Below, piece by piece: positions 41,422 through 57,547 of a stretch of DNA of 64,000 nt. The number at the start of each line of letters is the position of its first letter. Position 1 is the first letter of the stretch. This DNA comes from Octopus vulgaris (taxonomy: Eukaryota). The notes under the pieces are model-generated. The model was given only the letters and a program-made list of their open reading frames with translations, ran no database searches and was not told the origin of the DNA. The DNA lies in the NCBI GenBank assembly GCA_951406725.2, contig OX597843.1, positions 8,556,001 through 8,620,000 of the forward strand. The letters run 5' to 3'. Position numbers and translations under genes: made by a program.

Positions 41422-41827
41422 CGCAGGAGTGGCTGTGTGGTAAGTAGCTTGCTTACCAACCACATGGTTCCGGGTTCAGTCCCACTGCGTGGCACCTTGG
41501 GCATGTGTCTTCTGCTATAGCTCCGGGCCGACCAATGCCTTGTGAGTGGATTTGGTAGACGGAAACTGAAAGAAGCCTGTCGTATATATAAATATATATA
41601 TATGTGTGTGTTTGTGTGTCTGTGTTTGTCCCCCTAGCATTGCTTGACAACCGATGCTGGTGTGTTTACGTCGCCGTCACTTAGCGGTTCGGCAAAAAGA
41701 GACCGATGGAATAAGTACTAGGCTTACAAAGAATAAGGCCTGGGGTCGATTTCTTCGACTAAAACAACCCTAAAAAAGGGGGTGTGCTCCAGCATGGCCT
41801 TAGTCAAATGACCGAAACAAGTAAAAG
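41420..41827 (+). mobile_element. SINE family A, full length
   Basis: ggcgcaggagtggctgtgtgg head to gaaacaagtaaaag tail. Preceded by another 3' half at ~41145-41383. Confidence 0.9.
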
Positions 41828-42839
41828 TGATCCCTTTCATTTTTTTTTATCATTCTTTTCAATCTCTCCCTCCCCCTCTTTGCCCTTCTTTTTCACTATC
41901 TCTGCTTCTCTCTCTTTCCCTGCCTACCTCCACCCCTCTCACCTCTTTCTTTCCTTCTTACTTTCTTTCTATTTCTCCTCCCACCCCTCCTCTTTTTTTC
42001 TCTAACATTTCTCTCTCTCCGTTTCAATTTTTTCCGCAATTTTTTTTTAGTTTTTTTTAGTTTTGTTGCCTTCCCCCACCCCACAAGAGTCACCACCCCC
42101 ACCCCCATTCCCTCACCTTTCCATCCAACTCCCCAGCTCCCTACATTTTTTCTCAGCACCCTAACACCTCCCCCCACCCCACCCCACCCCACCCACGCCA
42201 ACCTCACGAACTACTAAGCCACCATCCCCCACTCCCACACCACAACACCTCACCCCTCCACATCCCGACCCCCTACATGCCCCCACTCCCCCTTCCACCC
42301 GATGCACACCCACTCCCCCTTCCACCCACGCCGCTCCCTACTCTTCACGTAATGTTTGCCGTCATATTCCGCCGACTTTAATGCTTAGCCGGACCGGTCA
42401 CGTGTCTCGCACACGTGACCGCCCGGCAAGGCAATGCATTAAAGAGGGCCGGGACGGTGATAAACCTGGTTAGGGGCTGAGGGCTGGATGTGTCCCTTAC
42501 TTTAAATAACCGTCATTATCAAATCTTCATCGTCCTTATCGCATTCGGCTGCCGTCATCATTATCATCGTCATCATCAGCTATTTCATTAAACCTCTCAC
42601 CATCACCATCACCCCCACGATGTTTCATCTCCTCCTCCCCTTCCTTGTCGTCGTCATCATCATTAACGTCCCCGTCCCCGCCCCACTACCACTATCTCCC
42701 CTTCCACCTCCACCGCATCATCATCATCAACAACAGCAGCAGCATCGCCAACATCTCCACCACCACCACCATCATCAACATCGCCACTCTACTACCACTA
42801 TCTTCACCTCCACCTCCTCCCCATCATCATCATGTGTGT

Positions 42840-43056
42840 GTATATGTTTGTGTGTCTGTGTTTGTCCCCTCAATATCGCTTGACAACCGATGCCGTCGTG
42901 TTTACGTTCCCGAAACATAGCGGTTCGGCAAAAGAGACCGATAGAATAAGTACTAGGCTTACAAAGAATAAGTTCTGGGGTCAAGTTGCTCGACCAAAGG
43001 TGGTGTTCCAGCATGGCTGCAGTCAAATGACTAAAACAAGTGAAAGAAAAGAAAGA

Positions 43057-43114
<58 letters not shown>

Positions 43115-43477
43115 AGGCGCAGGAGTGGCTGTGTGGTAAGTAACTTGTTTACCAACCACATGGTTCCGGGTTCAGTCCCACCGCGTGGCATCTTGGGCAA
43201 GAGTCTTCTGCTATAGCCTCGGGCCGACCAAAGCCTTGTGAGTGGATTTGGTAGACGGAAACTGAAAGAAGCCTGTCGTATATATGTATATACCCCAACA
43301 TCGCTTGATAACCGATGCTGAGTGTGTTTACATCCCCGTAACTTAGCGGTTCGGCAAAAAGAGACCGATAGAATAAGTACTAGGCTTACAAAGAATAAGT
43401 CCCGGGGTCGATGTGCTCGACTAAAGGCGGTGCTCCAGCATGGCCGCAGTCAAATGACTGAAACAAGTAAAAAGAAA
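42840..43477 (+). mobile_element. SINE family A: 3' half (42840-43056) and full copy (43116-43477)
   Basis: Direct matches to family A. Confidence 0.9.
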
Positions 43478-43478
43478 G

Positions 43479-43538
<60 letters not shown>

Positions 43539-44131
43539 GTACATGCCCACCCATACAAAATGGAAATGTGAAGACGAACCACCAAAATAGTCATAAACGG
43601 AAAATTATAAGTAAATCCATTGATGTTGATGCGACGGTGCTCCAGTCTGGGCCGGCCAGAATCTCTAACGGCTGCAAACCAAGACACACACACACACAAC
43701 CTGAACACACTGTCATTGGCAAGCAGCTACACGCATGCGCAAGAACATCCCACACAATGCTACACGCTATTACACACTCGTGCACGTGACATCGCCCGTC
43801 GACCATCACGACAAAAGCCTGCGCACGCACACCCATATACATACATGCATACACATATACACTCGCACGCACCCACGTTCGCGCTAAGTGCGCATGCACA
43901 GGCGCACGCGTGTGTCTTACACGGGCGCACGGCCCAGGCAGTGAAATTCACACGCAAATATTTTCTGGGGCCGAACCCACCGTTACACTTCGTATAACAA
44001 CTGAGCATGCGCACTAGACGTCCCGCAAACACACACACATCGTTTATATATCTGCTCGGCTTTACGTTCACAGTCAATCACACCTGTGTGTGACCGTGTA
44101 TGTGTGTTGCCCTGTGTATGTGTGACAGTAA

Positions 44132-44186
<55 letters not shown>

Positions 44187-44301
44187 CGTGTATGTGTAGC
44201 CGTGTGTACAAAGCTCAGGTGGATGTTTTCACAAATAAAATTGACTGACTTCTAAGCGTTAACGACTATTGATAGGTCTATACACACACACACACACATA
44301 T

Positions 44302-44459
<158 letters not shown>

Positions 44460-44653
44460 CATGTCAAAGGGCAATGGAATTTAATTAAAATTAAAACATT
44501 CAATCAAAATTTACGTAAATGCTTTTCATTTCCAAATTTATTCCTGTCGATATCCGTTGTTTTTGTGGTTTACAGAACCTAGCTGTTCTTTCTAGCGTGC
44601 TGAATTCCCTATAAGTGCATTCCATATGTGTTTAAATATACACTATATCGTAT

Positions 44654-44703
<50 letters not shown>

Positions 44704-44940
44704 TATTATCTTTTTTTACTGTCATTGCGGCCATGCTGGGGCAGCCACTTAAAGGGTTTTTAGTCGAGGAAATCGAATCTAGGACTTAATTTTGGGAAGA
44801 CTAGTACATATTGCGTCGGTCTGATTTGCCGAGCCACTAGGCTACGGGGACATAAACACACCAGCATCGGCTGTCGAGCGCTGGGAGTGGGTGGAATTAT
44901 AATGTGTGCATATATATGTGTGTGCATATGTGTGTGTATG

Positions 44941-44977
<37 letters not shown>

Positions 44978-45717
44978 ATACATATATATATGTGCATGTC
45001 TGTGTGTCTACGTATGTATGTGTGTGTGTGCTGTGTAGCAAATATTTAAACATTTCTGCACGCTCGTCTCTTTCTCCCTTACCACTCCCCCACCTCCCTC
45101 TCTTCCCTCATCTCCTTCCACTCCCCCTTCAATACCTTTTTCCTTCTGCAAAACAACCCTCAAACGCCACACTTGTACGCAAGTCTCGTCCAATCGCACC
45201 ACAATCTCGTGAAGTCGACGCCATTAAGAAAACGCGTTTTTTCGTAAATGCCGTTAGCAATAAACCAGACACACACAAAACGCTAAGACAAAACGTGCTT
45301 TTCAACTGCTGTTTTTGTTCCCCTATTTAGGCGTTCCCTAAATATAACAGAAGCATCAGTAACCGTTTATTAGCCCCTATCTTTAATAAAGACACCACTA
45401 TTTTAGGGTTTATAATCTACGAGAGCTACGGGCAAAATATATACGCATCGCGAGATAATGTTTGCTATTTGACTGCATTCTCTACATTAACCATCCAAAA
45501 CCGCAGGTATATAAACAGATTAATATGAAAGGAATACACGTGACCCAGCGAGTTATTAGAAATAGCACCCAAATCTCCCTACTTTTGTTCTTCTTCATTA
45601 TTGAATTTGGAGCCAGCTCTGGAAATTATGACATTTAATAGTATACGTGCAATAGCTAATTTTTTTTTCTATCTTCGATGATATTGTTAACAGGCGCGGG
45701 TATGTGATAGAAAGCTT

Positions 45718-46137
45718 GGATCTTTTCGGTTTGACCGGCAGTTTTTTCTAGCGGTGTTATATGAAATTGTCACCCATAATTATGACCCTAGTATCGATCT
45801 ATTGCATTTCAATCTGTTTTAGGGTTAGGGTTAGAGTTAGGGTTAGGGGAGGGTATCTTTTTTTCTTCAGAAATGTAAATAAACCCAATCTGTTTCTTAA
45901 ACGAAGGACATATTCATACGGCACAGGATGTTTTCACCTCAATAGACGTCAGTGATTGGTTGAAATTGCAGAAATTGAAGAAAAAAACAACAAATATCTT
46001 ACAAACTATAGAATTTTCTCAATAAAGCCAAGAGAAAAAGATGTTTTATAAACACATTCTACCAGAATACGAAGTTTAAAAGTGTTTAGTTACGTGGAAA
46101 TTATTTTTAAAAACTGCCGTTCAAACCGAAAAGATAC
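45718..46137. mobile_element. MITE with ~29-bp TIRs, 8-bp TSD and internal TTAGGG repeats (Merlin-like)
   Basis: TIR GGATCTTTTCGGTTTGACCGGCAGTTTTT / AAAAACTGCCGTTCAAACCGAAAAGATAC. TSD GAAAGCTT at 45710-45717 and 46138-46145. Splits the head of a family A SINE (~45692-46285). Confidence 0.9.
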
Positions 46138-46358
46138 GAAAGCTTTCTTTCCAGTCACATAGTTGCGGGTTCAGTCCTACTGTGTGGCACCTTGGGCATG
46201 TATGTGTCTCATACTACAGCCTATGGCAGACCAAATACTTGTGAGTGGAATTGGTAGACGGAAACAGAAAGAAGCCTGTCGTATACACACACACACACTC
46301 ACACATATATATTTATGTATATATATATGTAAATTAGTTTGTATGTATACAGATATAT

Positions 46359-46423
<65 letters not shown>

Positions 46424-46959
46424 TGCGCATAACAATTTTGATTTTTTTTTTAATGTTTCAAACTTTTGATCATGAACTGTATAAATACTTATATCCACCC
46501 AAATATGTGTGTCCCCAACGCATAGCACTAGAAACAGCGTTACCCTTTCACTGGATATTTGGGAGCCGAACACGTGATCTTAAGATGTAAGTTCTTGGGC
46601 AATGCTCCAGCATGACCGCAGTCAAATGACTGAAACAAACAAAAGAATTATATACATACATATATATACATATATATATATGAAAGAAAAATGCATCATG
46701 ATAGAAGAAAAGTTGGAAGGAAAAAATGTTGAAGGAAAGAAATAAAGACCGTAAGAGAGAGAGAGTAAGAAAGATATCACGAAGATGAAGGAAAAAAGGG
46801 AATGGAAAGAAGAAAGGCAGAAGGACAGGTGAAGAGAATGGGAAAGAAAGAATGAATGAAAGAGAGAAAGAGATTAGCAAAGAAAGAACTAGAAAAAAAG
46901 AGAAAATGAAGGAAAATTATATATATATATACATACATACATACATACACATATATATA

Positions 46960-47070
<111 letters not shown>

Positions 47071-47138
47071 GTATATATATATATGTATATATGTATATAT
47101 ATATATATACACAAACTTATATGTATATATACACAAAC

Positions 47139-47177
<39 letters not shown>

Positions 47178-48092
47178 AGCATACACATATACACACACGA
47201 TACATGAGGGAACACACACATATACATACGTAAATTCATGTGTATAGATATAAATACGCAAGCATATATATATATGTGTGTGTGTGTGTGAGTGTGTGTT
47301 TGTGTGTGTGTGCGTGTGTGTGTATGTGTATGTGTGTGTGTATGTGTAAACACAAATGCATGCAAGGACACACACACACATAAACGCACAAACACAAACA
47401 CACACGCACACACACACACGCACACGCACACACACGACGCGCGCTCGCGCATGCACGCATGCATATGTTTGCGTGCGTCTTCCTTGTTAAATCACCGACG
47501 GCACGTGACCGTACGGTAAATGTCAGCTGCGCATGCCCACTGCAGGCGACTCGATTAAATCACAGAACACAAAATTAAAAGAAAACGCTGTCGTCTGCCA
47601 TAACAACGGACTCCCTTTTAAAGTCGCCATTGGTTTTTATTCCACTTATATATATATATTAATTTATACTTTATTTTACTCTTATTTTTTGTTGTTGTTG
47701 TTGTTGTTGTTGTTGGCCTTTATTCCTCCTCCTCCCTCTCCTCCGCTTTTCCTTTATCTTCTCTTCTTCTCTTCCCCTTTCTCTCCTTTCGTTTTTTTTG
47801 TCCACGAGTTTAGTTTTTGTTTGCGTTCCATTGATGGCGAAGATCGAGGATGTACAATGGTGGCCATTCACACGGTTTTCGTCTCCTCCGGTTACAGACA
47901 AACATTTTACACACGTTCACTCTCTCTACTCCCCTTCTCTCTACCCCTTCTCTCTACTCCCCTTCTCTCTCTCTCTCTATCACACACACATACACACACA
48001 AACCATACAGACACACGTTTACAACATTGAATCACTCATTCATTCATTATTTTTCACAAACCGTCTTGCCTCGTTCTTGTCATTTATTATTA

Positions 48093-48172
<80 letters not shown>

Positions 48173-48173
48173 T

Positions 48174-48604
48174 CTCTTTACTCTTTTACGCTTTTACTTG
48201 TTTCAGTCGTTTGACTGCGGCCATACTGGAGCACCGCCTTTTTCTAGTCGAGCAAATCGACCCCGGGACTTATTCTTTTGTAAGCCCAGTACTTATTCTA
48301 TCGGTCTCTTTTGCCGAACCGCTAAGTGACGGGGACGTAAACACACACCAGCATCGGTTGTCAAGCAATGCTAGGGGGACAAACACAGACACACAAACAC
48401 ACACACACATACATACATACATACATATATATACATATATACGACAGGCTTCTTTCAGTTTCCGTCTACCAAATCCACTCACAAGGCATTGGTCGGCCCG
48501 GGGCTATAGTAGAAGACACTTGCCCAAGGTGTCACACAGTGGGACTGAACCCGGAACCACGTGGCTGGTTAGCAAGCTACTTACCACATAGCCACTCCTG
48601 CGCC
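48174..48604 (-). mobile_element. SINE family A, full length, inside (ATT)n
   Basis: Complete reverse copy flanked by (TTA)n on both sides. Confidence 0.9.
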
Positions 48605-48661
<57 letters not shown>

Positions 48662-49084
48662 CATTATTATTAGCAAAAATCATATCATGATGTACAAATT
48701 AAGTATTGTGGTCGATGTAATGGTCTCAACTCCTCCTCTGAAAATTGCTGGCCTTGTACCAACATTTGAAGACATTATTATTATTATCATTATAATACAA
48801 GTGGTTCCACGGTCGACTTTTCCGTTCTTTCTTTTGGGGTCGATAAAGTAAATGCTCCACTCCCGAACTTGCAGGCCTTGTGCCAAAATTATCCCATTCT
48901 CTCAACTTTTAAACGTTTACTGGTCCTTGCAACAAGTGCAGCCAGCTCAGCATTTATCAGAATGAAGGACGAGTATGAAGTTACTATCTCTTAGATGCGC
49001 AGCTAAAGAAGTAAGGGGCCTCGTTTGTCCCAAGTTCCTCGGGGTGTCTGTGTCTGAGCTTCTGCCTCCGAGAATTCAGCGACA

Positions 49085-49364
49085 CACCCGCCGTACCTGT
49101 TGGATTTGGCACCAACGAATTTCCACCTCTTTCGATCTCTTTCAAATGCTATACGCGGGGTTTCGTTCAATACTGATGCAGAATTGAGAGCTTGGTTGGA
49201 TCAATTTTTCGAGTTGAAATCGAGGTATTGAAAATCTTGTTGAACATTGGGATGAAGTTGTCAACAACAAGGGTGAACACATTATTAGTTAATTAGTTGT
49301 TATTTTTCATGAAAGCTTTTAAAATATTAAAACAAAAACGGCGGGTACTTAGTTGCCAACCCAA
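49085..49364 (+). mobile_element. Mariner relic: transposase C-terminus and 3' TIR
   Basis: HPPYLLDLAPTNFHLFRSLSNAIRGVSFNTDAELRAWLDQFF...RGIENLVEHWDEVVNNKGEHII*, ending acttagttgccaacccaa + TA. Confidence 0.85.
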
Positions 49365-49477
49365 TATATATATATACCAATAGCGGCGTACGTACACTTT
49401 TGGTCTCCTATATATATAAACACACACAGATAGAGAGAGTTCCTTAGACAGATTGACAGTCAGACAGATAGACATAT

Positions 49478-49537
<60 letters not shown>

Positions 49538-49559
49538 GTAGACAGATAGATAGATAGAC

Positions 49560-49658
<99 letters not shown>

Positions 49659-49679
49659 CAGATAGATAGACAGACAGAC

Positions 49680-49733
<54 letters not shown>

Positions 49734-49910
49734 GTAGATAGATAGATAGGTAGATAGATAGCTATGTCCTTGTGTGCACATATACAAATTCACATATAGA
49801 AAGATCCTTAAATCAGTGTATATGCAAATATACATATATATAGGTGTGTGCACGCACGCACACACATATACACAAATATATATATTAGAATAAAAATATA
49901 CACAGATATG

Positions 49911-50099
49911 CGCAGGCGAGTCTGCGTGGAAAGAAACCTATTTCCAAACCAAATGGCTGCAGGTTCACTCCCACTGCATGGAACCTTGGGCAAGTGTCTT
50001 CTACTATAGCTTCAGTTTGACCAAAGCCTTGTGAGTGGATTTGGTAGGGGGAAACTGAAAAGAAGCCCATCATGTATATATATATATATATACATGTGT

Positions 50100-50147
<48 letters not shown>

Positions 50148-50285
50148 TTAGGTGTGTGTCTGTGTTTGTCCCCCCACCATCGCTTGACAAATGATGTCGG
50201 TGCTGCTGGTCTATTTGTTCGACTAAAGTCGATGCTCCAATATGGCCGCACTCAAACAATGACCGAAGCGAGTAAAAGAATAAAA
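49911..50285 (+). mobile_element. SINE family A, old diverged copy
   Basis: Degenerate head, body, internal microsatellite and tail. Confidence 0.7.
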
Positions 50286-50322
50286 ACTTGTAGATATGTA
50301 TGTGACCAAAATTCCCTATGGC

Positions 50323-50785
50323 CACAAACCACCACCATCACCACCACCACCACAACCACCACCACAACCACCACCACCACCACAACCACCACCACCACAA
50401 CCACCACAACAAACACCACCACCACCACAACCACCACAACCATCACCACTACCATCACCATCAACACCACCACAACCACCACCATCACAACCACCACAAC
50501 CATCACCACTACCATCACCATCAACACCACAACCACCACCACCACAACCACCACAACCACCACAACCATCACCACTACCATCACCATCAACACCACAACC
50601 ACCACCACACCACCACAAACACCACCACCACCACAACCACCACAACCATCACCACTACCATCACCATCAACACCACCACAACCACCACCACCATCACAAC
50701 CAAAACGACTACCACTACCACTACCACAACCACCACCAACAGCACCACCATAACCACTACCACTACCACAACCACCACCGTCACC
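50323..50785. repeat. (ACC/ACA)-rich minisatellite
   Basis: acaaccatcaccactaccatcaccatcaacaccac occurs four times. Confidence 0.85.
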
Positions 50786-51043
50786 GGCATAACCCACACA
50801 CCCCTTTCTCCCCAACACCGCCATCATCAGCACTGCTCTCCTTCAAGTCCATTCCCAACCAATCAGCACTTCGCAAACTCCCATCGTCTGCCCCCACCCC
50901 CACCCCCACCGGCCCTCCGCTCGTCCCACCCCCAACCCCTGAGTTCTATACTCACCCAACTCCCCTCCATTGTTCTTTAATGTCCCTACGTAAGAATAGA
51001 TTCCAACAAGTAGAATGACACTATATACACCATATACATACAT

Positions 51044-51486
<443 letters not shown>

Positions 51487-51752
51487 AATATATATGAATG
51501 TATATTATAGTCTCAAGTAGCAATAACAATAACGTTGATTTTTATAGTCTTCCATACAAATGAGCTACGGACGACAATACAGGAAATAAAAGAGATATTT
51601 ATTGTCGGCGAATATAGATTTGTGAGTGTGTATGTGCGTTTATGTGTGTGTGTATGTGTTTGCATGCGAGTGCACTTCAGTGTATATATGCATCGTGATA
51701 CGTACATACATACATACATACATACATACATACATACACACATACATATACC

Positions 51753-51860
<108 letters not shown>

Positions 51861-51861
51861 G

Positions 51862-51926
<65 letters not shown>

Positions 51927-52484
51927 GTATGTATATGTGTGTGTATGCCGTGGCACATACCTTTACAAGTAGTGTTATATAATGATGATGATGATGATGA
52001 TGATATTGGGATATAATATTGTTGTTCTTATTATTATTTTACACTTAGATTTCTTTTTATTAATAAATATTATTGTTATTAACATGATGGATATACGCCT
52101 GCGCGCGCTTATGTATGTGTGTGTGTATGTATGTATATATATATATATACATAAATATATATGTGTGTGTGTGAACGTATATCTGTAAATGTCCGTCCGT
52201 TTATCTGTCTATCGATTTATCTAAGTAACTATCAGTTCTTTATCGATACACACACACACACACACACACACACGCTGAATTTTATTTCTATTTGGTTTTT
52301 CAAAACCTTAGCAAAAACTACATTATGATATAGCACAAAATCTTCATCGTCGTCAACATCATCATCATCGTTATCATCCTCCTCCTGATCATCATCATCG
52401 TCGCCGCATCACCATCATCATCATTACCATCATCATTATTATCATCATCATCATCATCATTACCATCATCATTATTATCATCAA

Positions 52485-52549
<65 letters not shown>

Positions 52550-53074
52550 CCGTCATCATCATCATCATCGTCATCATCATCATCATCAGCATCACCACCA
52601 ACATCATCACCACCATCATCATCATCATCATTCATCATCACCATTATCAACACCATCTTCATGAGCGTCGCTCCCACCACCGCACCTACCCTACACCACC
52701 ATCACCATCATCATCATCTCTGTCACATCATTACAGCGACTCCCCTTTTGCTACCAACACCACCACTATCAAAATCCTCAACAATACCAGCACCACCACC
52801 ATTAACACCATCACCATCATCATCACCACCACTCTTAACCTTAGTGGCATTAACATACCCCTAAATATCACCACCATTACCTATTTCTTTACTACCCACA
52901 AGGGGCTAAAAACAGAGAGGACAAACAAGGACAGACAAAGGGATTAAGTCGATTATATATATGCCCCAGGGTATAGTTGAAGGCACTAACCCAAGGTGAC
53001 ACACAGTGGGACTGAACCCGGAATCATGTGTTTAGGAAGCAAACCGCTTACCACAAATCCACTCTTGCGCCTTA

Positions 53075-53153
<79 letters not shown>

Positions 53154-53160
53154 TACTCTT

Positions 53161-53574
53161 CTTTTTACTCTTTTACTTGTTTCAGTCATTTGACTGCGGC
53201 CATGCTGGAGCACCGCCTTCAGTCGAGCAACTCGACCCCGGGACTTATTCTTTGTAAGCCCAGTACTTATTCTATCGGTCTCTTTTGCCGAACCGCTAAG
53301 TGACGGGAACGTAAACACACCAGCATCGGTTGTCAAGCAATGCTAGGGGGACAAACACAGACACACAAACACATACACGCACATACATATATATATATAT
53401 ACACATATATACGACAGGCTTCTTTCAGTTTCCGTCTACCAAATCCACTCACAAGGCATTGGTCGGCCCGGGGCTATATCAGAAGACACTTGCCCAAGAT
53501 GCCACGCAGTGGGACTGAACCCGGAACCATGTGGTTGGTAAGCAAGCTACTTAACACACAGCCACTCCTGCGCC
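53161..53574 (-). mobile_element. SINE family A, full length
   Basis: Complete reverse copy. Further heads at ~52960-53071 and 54150-54314. Confidence 0.9.
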
Positions 53575-53599
53575 TATATGTATATATATATATATATAT

Positions 53600-53789
53600 A
53601 CGGGAAAGTTTACAAAAATAAACAAAAGAGGAAGGCAGGTGGAGTACAAACAAACAGATGTATTAGTATAGCGCTCAGGAATAGGAAAAGTCTTTTACGT
53701 TTCGAGCCTACGCTCTTCGACAGAAAGATACACAGAAAAAAACCAGGAGAGAAAAAAATGCGTGTAGGAGCTAACGATCTATAATGGCA
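53600..53789 (-). mobile_element. Family D short element
   Basis: Minus strand reads tcttt-CTGTCGAA-gagcgtaggctc-GAAACGTA-aaaga; 3' end abuts (TA)n. Confidence 0.8.
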
Positions 53790-53883
53790 TCCTGACCTCG
53801 GACAGTGGTCAGACGCGAGAGGGACAGTAGGGGAGATAACAGTGTCAAGTGACTTCCAAAACGAAGGTGCCCCTAACACAAAG

Positions 53884-53965
<82 letters not shown>

Positions 53966-54106
53966 ATACACACATACATGGATTCATACATTCACACATG
54001 CAGACACTTATATTTATACATATACGTATACATATATATACACTCATATCTGTATTTATACATATATATGTGTGGTTAAAATGGAGAAAGGTTATATATG
54101 AGTATG

Positions 54107-54146
<40 letters not shown>

Positions 54147-54313
54147 TATACGACGGGCTTCTTTCAGTTTCCGTCTACCAAATCCACTCACAAGGCTTTG
54201 GTCGGCCCGAGGCTATAGTAGAAAGCACTTGCCCAAGGTGCCACGCAGTGGGACTGAACCCGGAACCATGTGGTTGGTAAGCAAGCTACTTACCACACAG
54301 CCACTCCTGCGCC

Positions 54314-54357
<44 letters not shown>

Positions 54358-54396
54358 CATACATATATAATATATATATATATATATACATATATA

Positions 54397-54439
<43 letters not shown>

Positions 54440-54641
54440 CTTCATACATACATATAAAACAGGTTATATGTACGTTCGTGTGTATACCTGCATTTATTAT
54501 TCATTCATTGTATAAAATGCTGCGTGTATAACGATCTCTGATTTGGTACGCTTTGAATCTAGGCAGAGACACACATATGCAACGGGCATAGCCATACACA
54601 TGTATGTGTGAGTGTATGGTCAACTGTATATGTGTTTTATG

Positions 54642-54673
<32 letters not shown>

Positions 54674-54754
54674 TAAATACATACTTACATATATATATAT
54701 GTGTGTGTGTGTCTGTGTCTGTGTATGCTTGTATGTATGTATATATGTATGCAT

Positions 54755-54788
<34 letters not shown>

Positions 54789-54913
54789 TACATACATGCA
54801 TATATATATATAAGCATGTATGTATATATGTACGCATATATATACATATATATTTATATGTATGCATACATACATGTATATATATGTGAATATACATGTA
54901 TATATCTGCATGC

Positions 54914-54977
<64 letters not shown>

Positions 54978-55000
54978 GTGTATATATATATATATGTATA

Positions 55001-55039
<39 letters not shown>

Positions 55040-55696
55040 TTATAAGAATATACATGCATATATATAGGAACATGTGCGTTCGTATATGTGTGTGTGTGTT
55101 TATGGGAGAAAGAAAGAGAGATAGACAGCGAAACAAACAGATAGACAAACAGACAGACAGACAGGCACATATGTTGAAACTGTGTGCGCATGCGCGTATG
55201 TCTGTGTATGTGTGTATGCGTATATATACATATTTTCTTTCGATGTGATTATATGTGCGACAGTAAATTAAGTAATATGCATTGGCCGCCATATTTCTTT
55301 TTCGTAAACTACGTATACATACTCGCCCGTACATACACACACATACACACACAAACACACACAAATACACACACTCGCGTTGTTGTTTTTTTCTTTTTCT
55401 TCTTCTCAAGTTGATTTCCGTTTCCGGTATCATCTGCGGAATGTCATAGCAAAAGCCGTCATTTTAGCTACATTTTATTTATTTAATTATTTCTTTCTTT
55501 TTTTTTTTTTTAGTTTTTTAAGTTTTTCGTTTCACTCTCTGGTATTCTTTCTCGATTTCGCTTCACTCAGACACACACATACACACACACTTATCTACAC
55601 ACATATACACCCGCATCCATGTATGTGTGTTTGTATATATAAATTTTACGCAGTTTTATTTTTTACATACACACACAAATATACATACACACATAC

Positions 55697-55789
<93 letters not shown>

Positions 55790-56157
55790 TACACACACAT
55801 ATATACATATATATATATATGTATGTATATATATATATATATGATATTTTCTTTATGCTTTTAAAAGCCAAGTTTGAACAGATGGAACCATTCTGGAAAA
55901 CAATGGCATTTCACCGTTATTTAGGTAACAATTTCACGCATATCCTACAACGCGCCGAATGTTCGCACACGCATATGCGCACTTCTACGCCCACGTATAA
56001 TGCCACTCACAGAGATACATTCATGTTCACAGAGTGATGCATAGGCCAGGGACTGAACACGCCTATTTTTATTACATATGCGCATACAGAAACACACTCA
56101 GCAATGCACGCATGGATATGTGTGTGTGTGTACATATATACATACATATATATACAC

Positions 56158-56204
<47 letters not shown>

Positions 56205-56222
56205 AATATACATATATATATA

Positions 56223-56253
<31 letters not shown>

Positions 56254-57547
56254 GCATATATATATATAATATATACATATATATGATTATATATATGCGT
56301 ATATATATACACATATATATATATGCATACATATATATATGCATACATATATATATGCATATATATATATATATGCATACATGTGTATATATGCAGGTAT
56401 ACATATATACATACATATATATATGCATATATATATATATGTCTGCATATATATGTACATATATATGCATATATATATGCACATATATATATGCATATAA
56501 ATATACACACATATATATATGCATATATATTCATATATATATATGCATATATATATATGTATATATATATATTTACATATACATATGTATATACATGCAT
56601 GTATATATATATATGGGCGTTTACAAAGGGAGTCGTACACATGTACTAAAAGAAGCACAGAGCAAGCTAAAATCGCATAAACACACACAAACTTCCATAT
56701 ATGAAAGCATACACCCAATCGTACAAACATACTTGTATATCAATACATACACATATACACACTGACTTTTATACAATGGAGAACAAAGCCATTCTCTCAC
56801 ACATGCACATGTAGGAACACAAGGACATGCGCATATTCGCATACATCGGCGAAACAAGTTAACACAGAGATTATTTTTATAAACGCAATACAAAATGAAG
56901 GACGCGCGTACAGATATTTAGGAACGCATATACACATTAATAACATAGTAACACATGAAAACATACATACATACATACATACATACACACACGATGCTTG
57001 TTATTATGTATATTCAAGTTCACATATAACAAATGATTTTAGATACACATTAAAAGAGAGCCAGGTAATCATACGCCGTAATACATAACACCATGCGTTC
57101 GAACACATACACCCAGACTCACTCACATGCATTCATACATACGTGCGCGCCCTCCATTCTATTCTTCATCCCATCATGCTATTCATTTGTGAAAACCATT
57201 CACATTGACGACAGGTAAAGATGTTCCGTCACCCAAACACTCTCATAACATCTACAGCCCCCCTCACACATATCGACTACGCTATGCATATCCTGTTATG
57301 CTGTCTTTGTTTCACCTCTCATCCACGCCGTCTTACACCACACAGTGGACTCTGTTCTACGTCAGTCACAGTTTGAGGCATTCAACTATTCTATATCATC
57401 TGAAGTAATTACTCGTGAAAATAAGCAAGTCTAGAGTATTCAACATATACATTGGGCCGTTCCATCAATAATGCGATGTTCTTAATAACTTCTTTTGTTT
57501 TTCGAAATTAAAATATACAAATTTCTTTTTTAAATCTAAATTATACT

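Noticed and set aside
45819-45848. TTAGGG as a telomere or fusion scar
   Set aside because: It is an internal part of a MITE found at three loci.
48900-49080. Possible tyrosine-recombinase or exon fragment (RHRHPEELGTNEAPYFF, minus strand)
   Set aside because: Too short, followed by stops, and no second motif.
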